A stretch of 64,000 nucleotides of DNA from a virus (Duplodnaviria > Heunggongvirae > Uroviricota > Caudoviricetes). The notes under the pieces are model-generated. The model did not search any database. It worked only from the letters and a program-made list of their open reading frames with translations, and was not told the origin of the DNA. Below, piece by piece: positions 9,516-21,300 of the stretch. The position numbers and the translations under genes were made by a program. The first letter of the stretch is position 1, and the number at the start of each line of letters is the position of its first letter. The DNA is taken from IMG/VR virus record IMGVR_UViG_2687453424_000001; one strand, given 5' to 3'.

Positions 9516-12500
9516 NNNNNNNNNNNNNNNNNNNNNNNNNNNNNNNNNNNNNNNNNNNNNNNNNNNNNNNNNNNNNNNNNNNNNNNNNNNNNNNNNNNNN
9601 NNNNNNNNNNNNNNNNNNNNNNNNNNNNNNNNNNNNNNNNNNNNNNNNNNNNNNNNNNNNNNNNNNNNNNNNNNNNNNNNNNNNNNNNNNNNNNNNNNNN
9701 NNNNNNNNNNNNNNNNNNNNNNNNNNNNNNNNNNNNNNNNNNNNNNNNNNNNNNNNNNNNNNNNNNNNNNNNNNNNNNNNNNNNNNNNNNNNNNNNNNNN
9801 NNNNNNNNNNNNNNNNNNNNNNNNNNNNNNNNNNNNNNNNNNNNNNNNNNNNNNNNNNNNNNNNNNNNNNNNNNNNNNNNNNNNNNNNNNNNNNNNNNNN
9901 NNNNNNNNNNNNNNNNNNNNNNNNNNNNNNNNNNNNNNNNNNNNNNNNNNNNNNNNNNNNNNNNNNNNNNNNNNNNNNNNNNNNNNNNNNNNNNNNNNNN
10001 NNNNNNNNNNNNNNNNNNNNNNNNNNNNNNNNNNNNNNNNNNNNNNNNNNNNNNNNNNNNNNNNNNNNNNNNNNNNNNNNNNNNNNNNNNNNNNNNNNNN
10101 NNNNNNNNNNNNNNNNNNNNNNNNNNNNNNNNNNNNNNNNNNNNNNNNNNNNNNNNNNNNNNNNNNNNNNNNNNNNNNNNNNNNNNNNNNNNNNNNNNNN
10201 NNNNNNNNNNNNNNNNNNNNNNNNNNNNNNNNNNNNNNNNNNNNNNNNNNNNNNNNNNNNNNNNNNNNNNNNNNNNNNNNNNNNNNNNNNNNNNNNNNNN
10301 NNNNNNNNNNNNNNNNNNNNNNNNNNNNNNNNNNNNNNNNNNNNNNNNNNNNNNNNNNNNNNNNNNNNNNNNNNNNNNNNNNNNNNNNNNNNNNNNNNNN
10401 NNNNNNNNNNNNNNNNNNNNNNNNNNNNNNNNNNNNNNNNNNNNNNNNNNNNNNNNNNNNNNNNNNNNNNNNNNNNNNNNNNNNNNNNNNNNNNNNNNNN
10501 NNNNNNNNNNNNNNNNNNNNNNNNNNNNNNNNNNNNNNNNNNNNNNNNNNNNNNNNNNNNNNNNNNNNNNNNNNNNNNNNNNNNNNNNNNNNNNNNNNNN
10601 NNNNNNNNNNNNNNNNNNNNNNNNNNNNNNNNNNNNNNNNNNNNNNNNNNNNNNNNNNNNNNNNNNNNNNNNNNNNNNNNNNNNNNNNNNNNNNNNNNNN
10701 NNNNNNNNNNNNNNNNNNNNNNNNNNNNNNNNNNNNNNNNNNNNNNNNNNNNNNNNNNNNNNNNNNNNNNNNNNNNNNNNNNNNNNNNNNNNNNNNNNNN
10801 NNNNNNNNNNNNNNNNNNNNNNNNNNNNNNNNNNNNNNNNNNNNNNNNNNNNNNNNNNNNNNNNNNNNNNNNNNNNNNNNNNNNNNNNNNNNNNNNNNNN
10901 NNNNNNNNNNNNNNNNNNNNNNNNNNNNNNNNNNNNNNNNNNNNNNNNNNNNNNNNNNNNNNNNNNNNNNNNNNNNNNNNNNNNNNNNNNNNNNNNNNNN
11001 NNNNNNNNNNNNNNNNNNNNNNNNNNNNNNNNNNNNNNNNNNNNNNNNNNNNNNNNNNNNNNNNNNNNNNNNNNNNNNNNNNNNNNNNNNNNNNNNNNNN
11101 NNNNNNNNNNNNNNNNNNNNNNNNNNNNNNNNNNNNNNNNNNNNNNNNNNNNNNNNNNNNNNNNNNNNNNNNNNNNNNNNNNNNNNNNNNNNNNNNNNNN
11201 NNNNNNNNNNNNNNNNNNNNNNNNNNNNNNNNNNNNNNNNNNNNNNNNNNNNNNNNNNNNNNNNNNNNNNNNNNNNNNNNNNNNNNNNNNNNNNNNNNNN
11301 NNNNNNNNNNNNNNNNNNNNNNNNNNNNNNNNNNNNNNNNNNNNNNNNNNNNNNNNNNNNNNNNNNNNNNNNNNNNNNNNNNNNNNNNNNNNNNNNNNNN
11401 NNNNNNNNNNNNNNNNNNNNNNNNNNNNNNNNNNNNNNNNNNNNNNNNNNNNNNNNNNNNNNNNNNNNNNNNNNNNNNNNNNNNNNNNNNNNNNNNNNNN
11501 NNNNNNNNNNNNNNNNNNNNNNNNNNNNNNNNNNNNNNNNNNNNNNNNNNNNNNNNNNNNNNNNNNNNNNNNNNNNNNNNNNNNNNNNNNNNNNNNNNNN
11601 NNNNNNNNNNNNNNNNNNNNNNNNNNNNNNNNNNNNNNNNNNNNNNNNNNNNNNNNNNNNNNNNNNNNNNNNNNNNNNNNNNNNNNNNNNNNNNNNNNNN
11701 NNNNNNNNNNNNNNNNNNNNNNNNNNNNNNNNNNNNNNNNNNNNNNNNNNNNNNNNNNNNNNNNNNNNNNNNNNNNNNNNNNNNNNNNNNNNNNNNNNNN
11801 NNNNNNNNNNNNNNNNNNNNNNNNNNNNNNNNNNNNNNNNNNNNNNNNNNNNNNNNNNNNNNNNNNNNNNNNNNNNNNNNNNNNNNNNNNNNNNNNNNNN
11901 NNNNNNNNNNNNNNNNNNNNNNNNNNNNNNNNNNNNNNNNNNNNNNNNNNNNNNNNNNNNNNNNNNNNNNNNNNNNNNNNNNNNNNNNNNNNNNNNNNNN
12001 NNNNNNNNNNNNNNNNNNNNNNNNNNNNNNNNNNNNNNNNNNNNNNNNNNNNNNNNNNNNNNNNNNNNNNNNNNNNNNNNNNNNNNNNNNNNNNNNNNNN
12101 NNNNNNNNNNNNNNNNNNNNNNNNNNNNNNNNNNNNNNNNNNNNNNNNNNNNNNNNNNNNNNNNNNNNNNNNNNNNNNNNNNNNNNNNNNNNNNNNNNNN
12201 NNNNNNNNNNNNNNNNNNNNNNNNNNNNNNNNNNNNNNNNNNNNNNNNNNNNNNNNNNNNNNNNNNNNNNNNNNNNNNNNNNNNNNNNNNNNNNNNNNNN
12301 NNNNNNNNNNNNNNNNNNNNNNNNNNNNNNNNNNNNNNNNNNNNNNNNNNNNNNNNNNNNNNNNNNNNNNNNNNNNNNNNNNNNNNNNNNNNNNNNNNNN
12401 NNNNNNNNNNNNNNNNNNNNNNNNNNNNNNNNNNNNNNNNNNNNNNNNNNNNNNNNNNNNNNNNNNNNNNNNNNNNNNNNNNNNNNNNNNNNNNNNNNNN

Positions 12501-13706
12501 NNNNNNNNNNNNNNNNNNNNNNNNNNNNNNNNNNNNNNNNNNNNNNNNNNNNNNNNNNNNNNNNNNNNNNNNNNNNNNNNNNNNNNNNNNNNNNNNNNNN
12601 NNNNNNNNNNNNNNNNNNNNNNNNNNNNNNNNNNNNNNNNNNNNNNNNNNNNNNNNNNNNNNNNNNNNNNNNNNNNNNNNNNNNNNNNNNNNNNNNNNNN
12701 NNNNNNNNNNNNNNNNNNNNNNNNNNNNNNNNNNNNNNNNNNNNNNNNNNNNNNNNNNNNNNNNNNNNNNNNNNNNNNNNNNNNNNNNNNNNNNNNNNNN
12801 NNNNNNNNNNNNNNNNNNNNNNNNNNNNNNNNNNNNNNNNNNNNNNNNNNNNNNNNNNNNNNNNNNNNNNNNNNNNNNNNNNNNNNNNNNNNNNNNNNNN
12901 NNNNNNNNNNNNNNNNNNNNNNNNNNNNNNNNNNNNNNNNNNNNNNNNNNNNNNNNNNNNNNNNNNNNNNNNNNNNNNNNNNNNNNNNNNNNNNNNNNNN
13001 NNNNNNNNNNNNNNNNNNNNNNNNNNNNNNNNNNNNNNNNNNNNNNNNNNNNNNNNNNNNNNNNNNNNNNNNNNNNNNNNNNNNNNNNNNNNNNNNNNNN
13101 NNNNNNNNNNNNNNNNNNNNNNNNNNNNNNNNNNNNNNNNNNNNNNNNNNNNNNNNNNNNNNNNNNNNNNNNNNNNNNNNNNNNNNNNNNNNNNNNNNNN
13201 NNNNNNNNNNNNNNNNNNNNNNNNNNNNNNNNNNNNNNNNNNNNNNNNNNNNNNNNNNNNNNNNNNNNNNNNNNNNNNNNNNNNNNNNNNNNNNNNNNNN
13301 NNNNNNNNNNNNNNNNNNNNNNNNNNNNNNNNNNNNNNNNNNNNNNNNNNNNNNNNNNNNNNNNNNNNNNNNNNNNNNNNNNNNNNNNNNNNNNNNNNNN
13401 NNNNNNNNNNNNNNNNNNNNNNNNNNNNNNNNNNNNNNNNNNNNNNNNNNNNNNNNNNNNNNNNNNNNNNNNNNNNNNNNNNNNNNNNNNNNNNNNNNNN
13501 NNNNNNNNNNNNNNNNNNNNNNNNNNNNNNNNNNNNNNNNNNNNNNNNNNNNNNNNNNNNNNNNNNNNNNNNNNNNNNNNNNNNNNNNNNNNNNNNNNNN
13601 NNNNNNNNNNNNNNNNNNNNNNNNNNNNNNNNNNNNNNNNNNNNNNNNNNNNNNNNNNNNNNNNNNNNNNNNNNNNNNNNNNNNNNNNNNNNNNNNNNNN
13701 NNNNNN
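9516..13706. other. assembly gap (N run)
   Basis: uninterrupted run of N. Confidence 0.99.
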
Positions 13707-13707
13707 G

Positions 13708-13725
13708 TGGTGACCCCGACGTGAT
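13708..13725 (+). other. retroviral primer-binding site complementary to the 3' end of tRNA-Trp (alpharetrovirus type)
   Basis: Exact 18-mer TGGTGACCCCGACGTGAT immediately after the gap; the 5' LTR would lie in the gap. Confidence 0.6.
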
Positions 13726-14350
13726 AGCGATGGATGTGAGCCACGTGGTACAGGTACTGGAGGCCCTCGTGCAGCAAGCTGGGTTGCCGAAGGCGATAAA
13801 CTTGGAGCCAGCGGGCCACTGCATCCAATGGTTGCGAGGCCGGGGGGCGGTGGAGGCCCCTGTGGACGTATTAGATACCTCCCGATGGGGACGGATCTGC
13901 CAAGAGCTTTTGGAAGCAGTCTTGGCTGGGGAAAAGAAAGCAGGAGATCTAGGGGAGACGTGGGGTGCCATCAAGAAAGGTGTCTCCGGGAGAGGAGTTG
14001 CAGGAGCAGCTGCGGGACACGGAGGCGCTGCGGGTGGAGGAGCCGCGGGTGCAAGCGCGGGAGCTGTGGAGGAAAGTGCCCCGGGAGGTGCGGCCGGAGC
14101 CCCCGAGCCGCGCGGCCGAGCGGGCAGTGCCGGGGCTGCAGCATGACTGCCAGAAACCGCGGCAAAGGCAACAGCAAAAAACCGGGAAGCGGAGTCTTGT
14201 GAGCCCTGGTAACACTCCCCTTTGTGCGACAGGGCAGGGGACAGGGGGGTTCCCCACAACGAGCGACAGCAACCCTCAAAGCCTACCCTGGGGGAATCCT
14301 CCCTACTAACGACATTGTCTTTATCCTTGGCTACCAGGCTGGAGTGTTTA
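13726..14350 (+). mobile_element. putative ERV leader / 5' internal region; no recognisable gag motifs
   Basis: Position directly 3' of the primer-binding site; GC-rich; the ORFs here are Gly/Ala/Arg-rich low-complexity. Confidence 0.3.
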
Positions 14351-16002
14351 GTTTGGTTTTGATTTTCTAGAAAAAAAAAAAAAGGTAACCCTTATAGCCT
14401 TTTGAACACGGTGTGTGAGTGCCGTGGTGGACTGTGGACTTGAAACCCCATATACAACTCATTTGATAGTCTCTCTGTGATCCACATGTACTAGAAGTTG
14501 GCAAATATATATCCATGTATATCCATGTTTCTGTTAGCCCTTGGAGAATTTTTATGGATATTGCTGACCACTTCTTCCAATGTAGGCTGGCCACCTGCAT
14601 CGGAATGAGTGTGCATTTTGGTCAGTGTAAAAGCCCAAGGCTCGTGCGATGTGGGGGGGGCAGAGCCTCTGCGGGGACGCCTGCTAAAGTTGAGCCTGCC
14701 GCCTTACACTGCAGTGATGCTGCTTGGAGCTGATTTTTGATTGTCTTCACAGGGTCCTTATGCTACGTTCTGTATGAGGGACCATATAGTGGGAATAATG
14801 ATTGTCTAGGTTTTGTGTTTCAAATATTGTAATTGTATGGAGTGTGCTTGTGGGATCCCATGCGTGTGTGCGTGTGTGTGTGCTGAGGGCGGACAGTGCT
14901 CTATGTATTTTTTGTTGTTGGGTTTGTGTAAAAGTTTTAATGGGTAGCAGATTAACATTTTGGACAAGAAAGGGTTAATGCAAACTGCCGTTGCTGGCAG
15001 GTATTTACTGCTGCTGCTAAGCAGGCAGGCAGCTGTAGCTTCACATTTCTTTCCCATCAGAATGCCTTTGAATCACTTTAACGGGCCTCCTTCTCAGGAG
15101 CTGATAGCGTGGGAGAGGGGGTATGTTTGTGTTCTCCTACCTACAGGTCCATGGCAGCTGCCTGCAAAGTTTGCAAAGCCTTGCCATGAGCTGGACAAAC
15201 AAGTGGAGGAACCCGATGCCTCAGCTACAGAAGCTGACAGTGAATACCCCGAGCAGAATGAGATAGAGGAGAAGAAAAATAAATGATTACAGGACATCAC
15301 TTGAGGGCAACTGAAAAGTAACAACTTGAATATGTGTGCTTGTAACGTAGCTATTATTAGAGGCTGTGATTTTGTGTATAAAACCACTTGTATTTACTAG
15401 CCAGTTGCTAAAGAGAAACTATACCTTGTATTGTGTGCATTTGTTACTTGTAAAAGATGTTAGAGCATGCAAATTTGCAGCAGCTGCTAGAAAATGCTAA
15501 GACAAAAGCTAGAAAGATTCTAATATGATGGTAGTGTTATAAACCAGGTAATGGAACAAATTAAGAGGGTGGAAGAACTCCACTGGTAAGAAAATTCTTT
15601 GGCTAGTTTCTTGCTGCCATCAGCATTTTCAACATGCTGTTGTAACCTGTAATAGTTACTCTGGTAATGTAAATCTGTGTATGCTTTGCCACAGTAGCAA
15701 CTTGTTACTGGATGAAGCAGGTGAAACTCTGCATTGACAACGAGGTACAAGAACTGAGGTTGACCAAATGCCTGCTGCCACAGTCAAGGGCAAGACTGGG
15801 TTGGCCTCTGTATTTGCCACCAAGAAGAACCTTTAGCTCTGCTGTTGGCTGCGACCCAGCAGGCGTGGAGCGATGGGGACACATGCCATGCCAGGCCTTG
15901 ATGTGAGGGGATGGCCTCCCCTGTTATCAGAGAGACATCCAGGAGAAAAAGGGCAGACCCAGCAGCCTGTGACTGACCTGTGTTGAAGAAATATGAAAAC
16001 AT

Positions 16003-16788
16003 GCTAAGATCTTACACATGGTGTATGAGGATGGGCAAGCCTTTTGGCTGGACAATTTGTTAGGTGAATGGGGACTGACAGGTTGGCTGGTTGCTCTAGT
16101 AAAAGGTGGACTAATGGTGTTTATTGTCATTTTAACGATTTTGATTTTGTTGCTGTGTATTTTTAATGTATCCAACGAATGATTATGAGTGCTACAAAGC
16201 GTGTTTGGCTTGTATAAAAAGAAAAAGGCGGAGATGTGGATGACTTTCTGGCAAAGAACAGCCATGTACCCAGATCAGCAAGTGCCTACGTGGAGTCGGA
16301 CATGAACCAAGGGTCAACAAAAGCTGAAGGAATCCCAGCAAGATAAGAAGGAACTGACAAATGCTACTATGCTTGCACTAAGTGGGCTCTTGACTGATGT
16401 TGATAGTGTTCGTCATGCCACCTTACAAATAGGGCAGCAATCGACTTTTTATTGTTGGCACAGGGGCATGGTTGTGCTGAATTTGAGGGGATGTGCTGCA
16501 TGAATTTGTTAGATCATTTGGAATCAATTTATAAGAGTATACAACAATTGAAAGAGGGGGTTAAATGGCTAACGAAAGATGATGGATGGAGTAGCTATAT
16601 TATGTGTGTTAGTTTTATTTGTATTAGTAGCAAGTTTTATGTTGCGGTGTGTGATATCTATGGTTAAGAAAAATGTAACATCCGTCTGCTTTGCTCAAAA
16701 ACAAAAAGAGGGAATTGTGGAGTGGCTGAGGGACGGTGGATATTTCGTGACCAACCGAGAGGTCAGCCTTAGGAGATGGTGGTTATGA
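16003..16788 (+). mobile_element. ERV env transmembrane-subunit remnants (alpharetrovirus gp37-like), frameshifted and partly duplicated
   Basis: [30 protein letters not shown] (CX6CC motif) encoded from 16428; hydrophobic membrane-spanning segments at about 16064-16160 (GEWGLTGWLVALVKGGLMVFIVILTILILLLC) and 16590-16660 ([22 protein letters not shown]). Confidence 0.55.
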
Positions 16789-17180
16789 AGAATACAGCTG
16801 AACAATGGACATGTGAGCAATCCCAGCTGTTTGGTTTTAGCCAAACTCTGACTTAAGTTGCAAGGTCTGAATTCAAGTTACTCAGGCTGTGAGGCCTAGC
16901 CTTAGGTTACTAAAGGACAGTTACGTGCAGTAGAATAAGGAACTTGGCATTTGCTCAAGGCTAACAAGATGTGGGAGCGGGATGGTGAAACTGCAAGTTA
17001 TGTGAGAAAGGTAGCGAATGGATAATTTTAGCTAGCTTGTTATCTGCTTCAAAATGTGTGGACTGCACTTCTGAGCCAATCACAATCTATATTGGTTACG
17101 TCTAGCCAATAGCAGTTCAATTTCTGGAAGCATATACTGTAGCTACTGTAGCTACTGTGCTACGACAGTGGTCTGTGGAC
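16789..17180 (+). mobile_element. possible LTR-like segment between env and pol remnants
   Basis: Position after the env stop; CCAAT-box-like motifs (ccaatcacaatc, agccaatagc). Boundaries not defined. Confidence 0.25.
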
Positions 17181-17244
17181 CCCATTGGCCATTGAGACTA
17201 CGATGGAATGTGCGCAAGTCCTTTTTCAGGCTTTGTCTGAGCGA

Positions 17245-17660
17245 GCTGCTGAAATTTGCCCAAATCACTGTAATAGTCATTCGCACATCCCTGGACTCCT
17301 GACTGAAGGTAGCAATAGTGCAGACCGTGTTGCACAAGGTCTGCCAGTTCCTGACTGTTGTGCTCCAGTTTTTATGCGCTATTTACATGTCACGGTTGAT
17401 ACCTGTAGCAGTGTCATTTTGGCTACAGCACAACGCAAGCAAGACGCCAAAGCAGCCATTTTGCATTGGCGCGAGGTCATGGCGATTTTGGGAGTCCCTA
17501 GCCAGATCAAGACCGACAATGGTCCAGCATATTCAAGTCAACTGGTGGCTTCATTTTTATGACAGTGGGGCATTGAGCATAAGACCGGTTGTCCTTATAA
17601 CAGCACTGGCCCAGCTATCGTCGAACGCGCGCACCGGACTCTGAAAGCTCGCCTCGTGTG
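17245..17660 (+). mobile_element. ERV pol remnant: RNase H C-terminus and integrase catalytic core, frameshifted
   Basis: ORF 17185..17562 has GNSADRVA (RNase H end), HVTVDTCSS and IKTDNGPAYSS (the two Asp motifs). The next frame at 17563-17640 gives [28 protein letters not shown] (the Glu motif). Confidence 0.65.
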
Positions 17661-18371
17661 TCTTGAGGCGGGGGAGACCGTACCCGGAAGAGCTCCCGCA
17701 GTCCGTGTGCGCTGACTTTTACTTTCTGCTCTGACTCGTTTAAATCAATTCTCGCATGGATCAAGTGAACAATCCCCGATGAGCTCGCACTTTGCCTCAC
17801 CTCTAGACAAACCCTCGTATCCACAGGTACGGGTGAAAGATCTGGAAAAGGGCAAGATAGGTCCATTTGCCCTACGTGCTCACGGGTGAGGCTATGCCTG
17901 TGTGGAGGGGGAGACTGGGCTAAGCTGAGCACGGGCAAAATGGTTATTACCGTATTTGTAGCTGTGTCTGTAAGTTTGTATTTGAGCTATGTTTCACAGG
18001 TGGTGATTGGTGCTTGGCTGTATCTGGGAGAGAGTGATGGAAAGAGGTGTGAAATGACATCCATGGCCCTTATGTGTCCAGATGACTTCGCTCACGGATC
18101 CAGTCAAGATGTGCCTTACGAACTTTGTAGCCAGCCGTTGAATACGACATCACTCAGGCCGGAAACACCTGCGTCTAGGTCCCTTTAGGCTGACGCTCTG
18201 TGTTTATTAGTATTAGGATGTTTGTTTCCTTCTTGTTTGATTATGTAATGCGCACTGTGTTTGAATACTTAGTGGCACAAACCTTTCTTACTTAGTTAAT
18301 AAGAGTTATAAGTTGCTTATCTGGAATAGCTGTTAAAACCCTGAGTTTTCTAGTCTTGAGGCGGGGGAGAT

Positions 18372-21300
18372 NNNNNNNNNNNNNNNNNNNNNNNNNNNNN
18401 NNNNNNNNNNNNNNNNNNNNNNNNNNNNNNNNNNNNNNNNNNNNNNNNNNNNNNNNNNNNNNNNNNNNNNNNNNNNNNNNNNNNNNNNNNNNNNNNNNNN
18501 NNNNNNNNNNNNNNNNNNNNNNNNNNNNNNNNNNNNNNNNNNNNNNNNNNNNNNNNNNNNNNNNNNNNNNNNNNNNNNNNNNNNNNNNNNNNNNNNNNNN
18601 NNNNNNNNNNNNNNNNNNNNNNNNNNNNNNNNNNNNNNNNNNNNNNNNNNNNNNNNNNNNNNNNNNNNNNNNNNNNNNNNNNNNNNNNNNNNNNNNNNNN
18701 NNNNNNNNNNNNNNNNNNNNNNNNNNNNNNNNNNNNNNNNNNNNNNNNNNNNNNNNNNNNNNNNNNNNNNNNNNNNNNNNNNNNNNNNNNNNNNNNNNNN
18801 NNNNNNNNNNNNNNNNNNNNNNNNNNNNNNNNNNNNNNNNNNNNNNNNNNNNNNNNNNNNNNNNNNNNNNNNNNNNNNNNNNNNNNNNNNNNNNNNNNNN
18901 NNNNNNNNNNNNNNNNNNNNNNNNNNNNNNNNNNNNNNNNNNNNNNNNNNNNNNNNNNNNNNNNNNNNNNNNNNNNNNNNNNNNNNNNNNNNNNNNNNNN
19001 NNNNNNNNNNNNNNNNNNNNNNNNNNNNNNNNNNNNNNNNNNNNNNNNNNNNNNNNNNNNNNNNNNNNNNNNNNNNNNNNNNNNNNNNNNNNNNNNNNNN
19101 NNNNNNNNNNNNNNNNNNNNNNNNNNNNNNNNNNNNNNNNNNNNNNNNNNNNNNNNNNNNNNNNNNNNNNNNNNNNNNNNNNNNNNNNNNNNNNNNNNNN
19201 NNNNNNNNNNNNNNNNNNNNNNNNNNNNNNNNNNNNNNNNNNNNNNNNNNNNNNNNNNNNNNNNNNNNNNNNNNNNNNNNNNNNNNNNNNNNNNNNNNNN
19301 NNNNNNNNNNNNNNNNNNNNNNNNNNNNNNNNNNNNNNNNNNNNNNNNNNNNNNNNNNNNNNNNNNNNNNNNNNNNNNNNNNNNNNNNNNNNNNNNNNNN
19401 NNNNNNNNNNNNNNNNNNNNNNNNNNNNNNNNNNNNNNNNNNNNNNNNNNNNNNNNNNNNNNNNNNNNNNNNNNNNNNNNNNNNNNNNNNNNNNNNNNNN
19501 NNNNNNNNNNNNNNNNNNNNNNNNNNNNNNNNNNNNNNNNNNNNNNNNNNNNNNNNNNNNNNNNNNNNNNNNNNNNNNNNNNNNNNNNNNNNNNNNNNNN
19601 NNNNNNNNNNNNNNNNNNNNNNNNNNNNNNNNNNNNNNNNNNNNNNNNNNNNNNNNNNNNNNNNNNNNNNNNNNNNNNNNNNNNNNNNNNNNNNNNNNNN
19701 NNNNNNNNNNNNNNNNNNNNNNNNNNNNNNNNNNNNNNNNNNNNNNNNNNNNNNNNNNNNNNNNNNNNNNNNNNNNNNNNNNNNNNNNNNNNNNNNNNNN
19801 NNNNNNNNNNNNNNNNNNNNNNNNNNNNNNNNNNNNNNNNNNNNNNNNNNNNNNNNNNNNNNNNNNNNNNNNNNNNNNNNNNNNNNNNNNNNNNNNNNNN
19901 NNNNNNNNNNNNNNNNNNNNNNNNNNNNNNNNNNNNNNNNNNNNNNNNNNNNNNNNNNNNNNNNNNNNNNNNNNNNNNNNNNNNNNNNNNNNNNNNNNNN
20001 NNNNNNNNNNNNNNNNNNNNNNNNNNNNNNNNNNNNNNNNNNNNNNNNNNNNNNNNNNNNNNNNNNNNNNNNNNNNNNNNNNNNNNNNNNNNNNNNNNNN
20101 NNNNNNNNNNNNNNNNNNNNNNNNNNNNNNNNNNNNNNNNNNNNNNNNNNNNNNNNNNNNNNNNNNNNNNNNNNNNNNNNNNNNNNNNNNNNNNNNNNNN
20201 NNNNNNNNNNNNNNNNNNNNNNNNNNNNNNNNNNNNNNNNNNNNNNNNNNNNNNNNNNNNNNNNNNNNNNNNNNNNNNNNNNNNNNNNNNNNNNNNNNNN
20301 NNNNNNNNNNNNNNNNNNNNNNNNNNNNNNNNNNNNNNNNNNNNNNNNNNNNNNNNNNNNNNNNNNNNNNNNNNNNNNNNNNNNNNNNNNNNNNNNNNNN
20401 NNNNNNNNNNNNNNNNNNNNNNNNNNNNNNNNNNNNNNNNNNNNNNNNNNNNNNNNNNNNNNNNNNNNNNNNNNNNNNNNNNNNNNNNNNNNNNNNNNNN
20501 NNNNNNNNNNNNNNNNNNNNNNNNNNNNNNNNNNNNNNNNNNNNNNNNNNNNNNNNNNNNNNNNNNNNNNNNNNNNNNNNNNNNNNNNNNNNNNNNNNNN
20601 NNNNNNNNNNNNNNNNNNNNNNNNNNNNNNNNNNNNNNNNNNNNNNNNNNNNNNNNNNNNNNNNNNNNNNNNNNNNNNNNNNNNNNNNNNNNNNNNNNNN
20701 NNNNNNNNNNNNNNNNNNNNNNNNNNNNNNNNNNNNNNNNNNNNNNNNNNNNNNNNNNNNNNNNNNNNNNNNNNNNNNNNNNNNNNNNNNNNNNNNNNNN
20801 NNNNNNNNNNNNNNNNNNNNNNNNNNNNNNNNNNNNNNNNNNNNNNNNNNNNNNNNNNNNNNNNNNNNNNNNNNNNNNNNNNNNNNNNNNNNNNNNNNNN
20901 NNNNNNNNNNNNNNNNNNNNNNNNNNNNNNNNNNNNNNNNNNNNNNNNNNNNNNNNNNNNNNNNNNNNNNNNNNNNNNNNNNNNNNNNNNNNNNNNNNNN
21001 NNNNNNNNNNNNNNNNNNNNNNNNNNNNNNNNNNNNNNNNNNNNNNNNNNNNNNNNNNNNNNNNNNNNNNNNNNNNNNNNNNNNNNNNNNNNNNNNNNNN
21101 NNNNNNNNNNNNNNNNNNNNNNNNNNNNNNNNNNNNNNNNNNNNNNNNNNNNNNNNNNNNNNNNNNNNNNNNNNNNNNNNNNNNNNNNNNNNNNNNNNNN
21201 NNNNNNNNNNNNNNNNNNNNNNNNNNNNNNNNNNNNNNNNNNNNNNNNNNNNNNNNNNNNNNNNNNNNNNNNNNNNNNNNNNNNNNNNNNNNNNNNNNNN

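Noticed and set aside
9496-14259. Very long ORFs (here and at 6266-8350, 18333-22738, 24815-29953, 33660-38930, 39897-44206, 46706-52298, 53964-59762) suggesting giant proteins
   Set aside because: They consist almost entirely of X from translating N-runs; only short real flanks exist.
13721-14309. ORFs 13721..14146, 13828..14202 and 13965..14309 as a retroviral gag gene
   Set aside because: Gly/Ala/Arg-rich low complexity on overlapping frames; no CCHC zinc knuckle or capsid motifs; only the position after the primer-binding site is suggestive.
17886-18188. ORF 17886..18188 as an env signal peptide / surface-subunit start
   Set aside because: Only a hydrophobic stretch and the expected position support it; no conserved env surface-subunit motifs, so it is not annotated as a feature.
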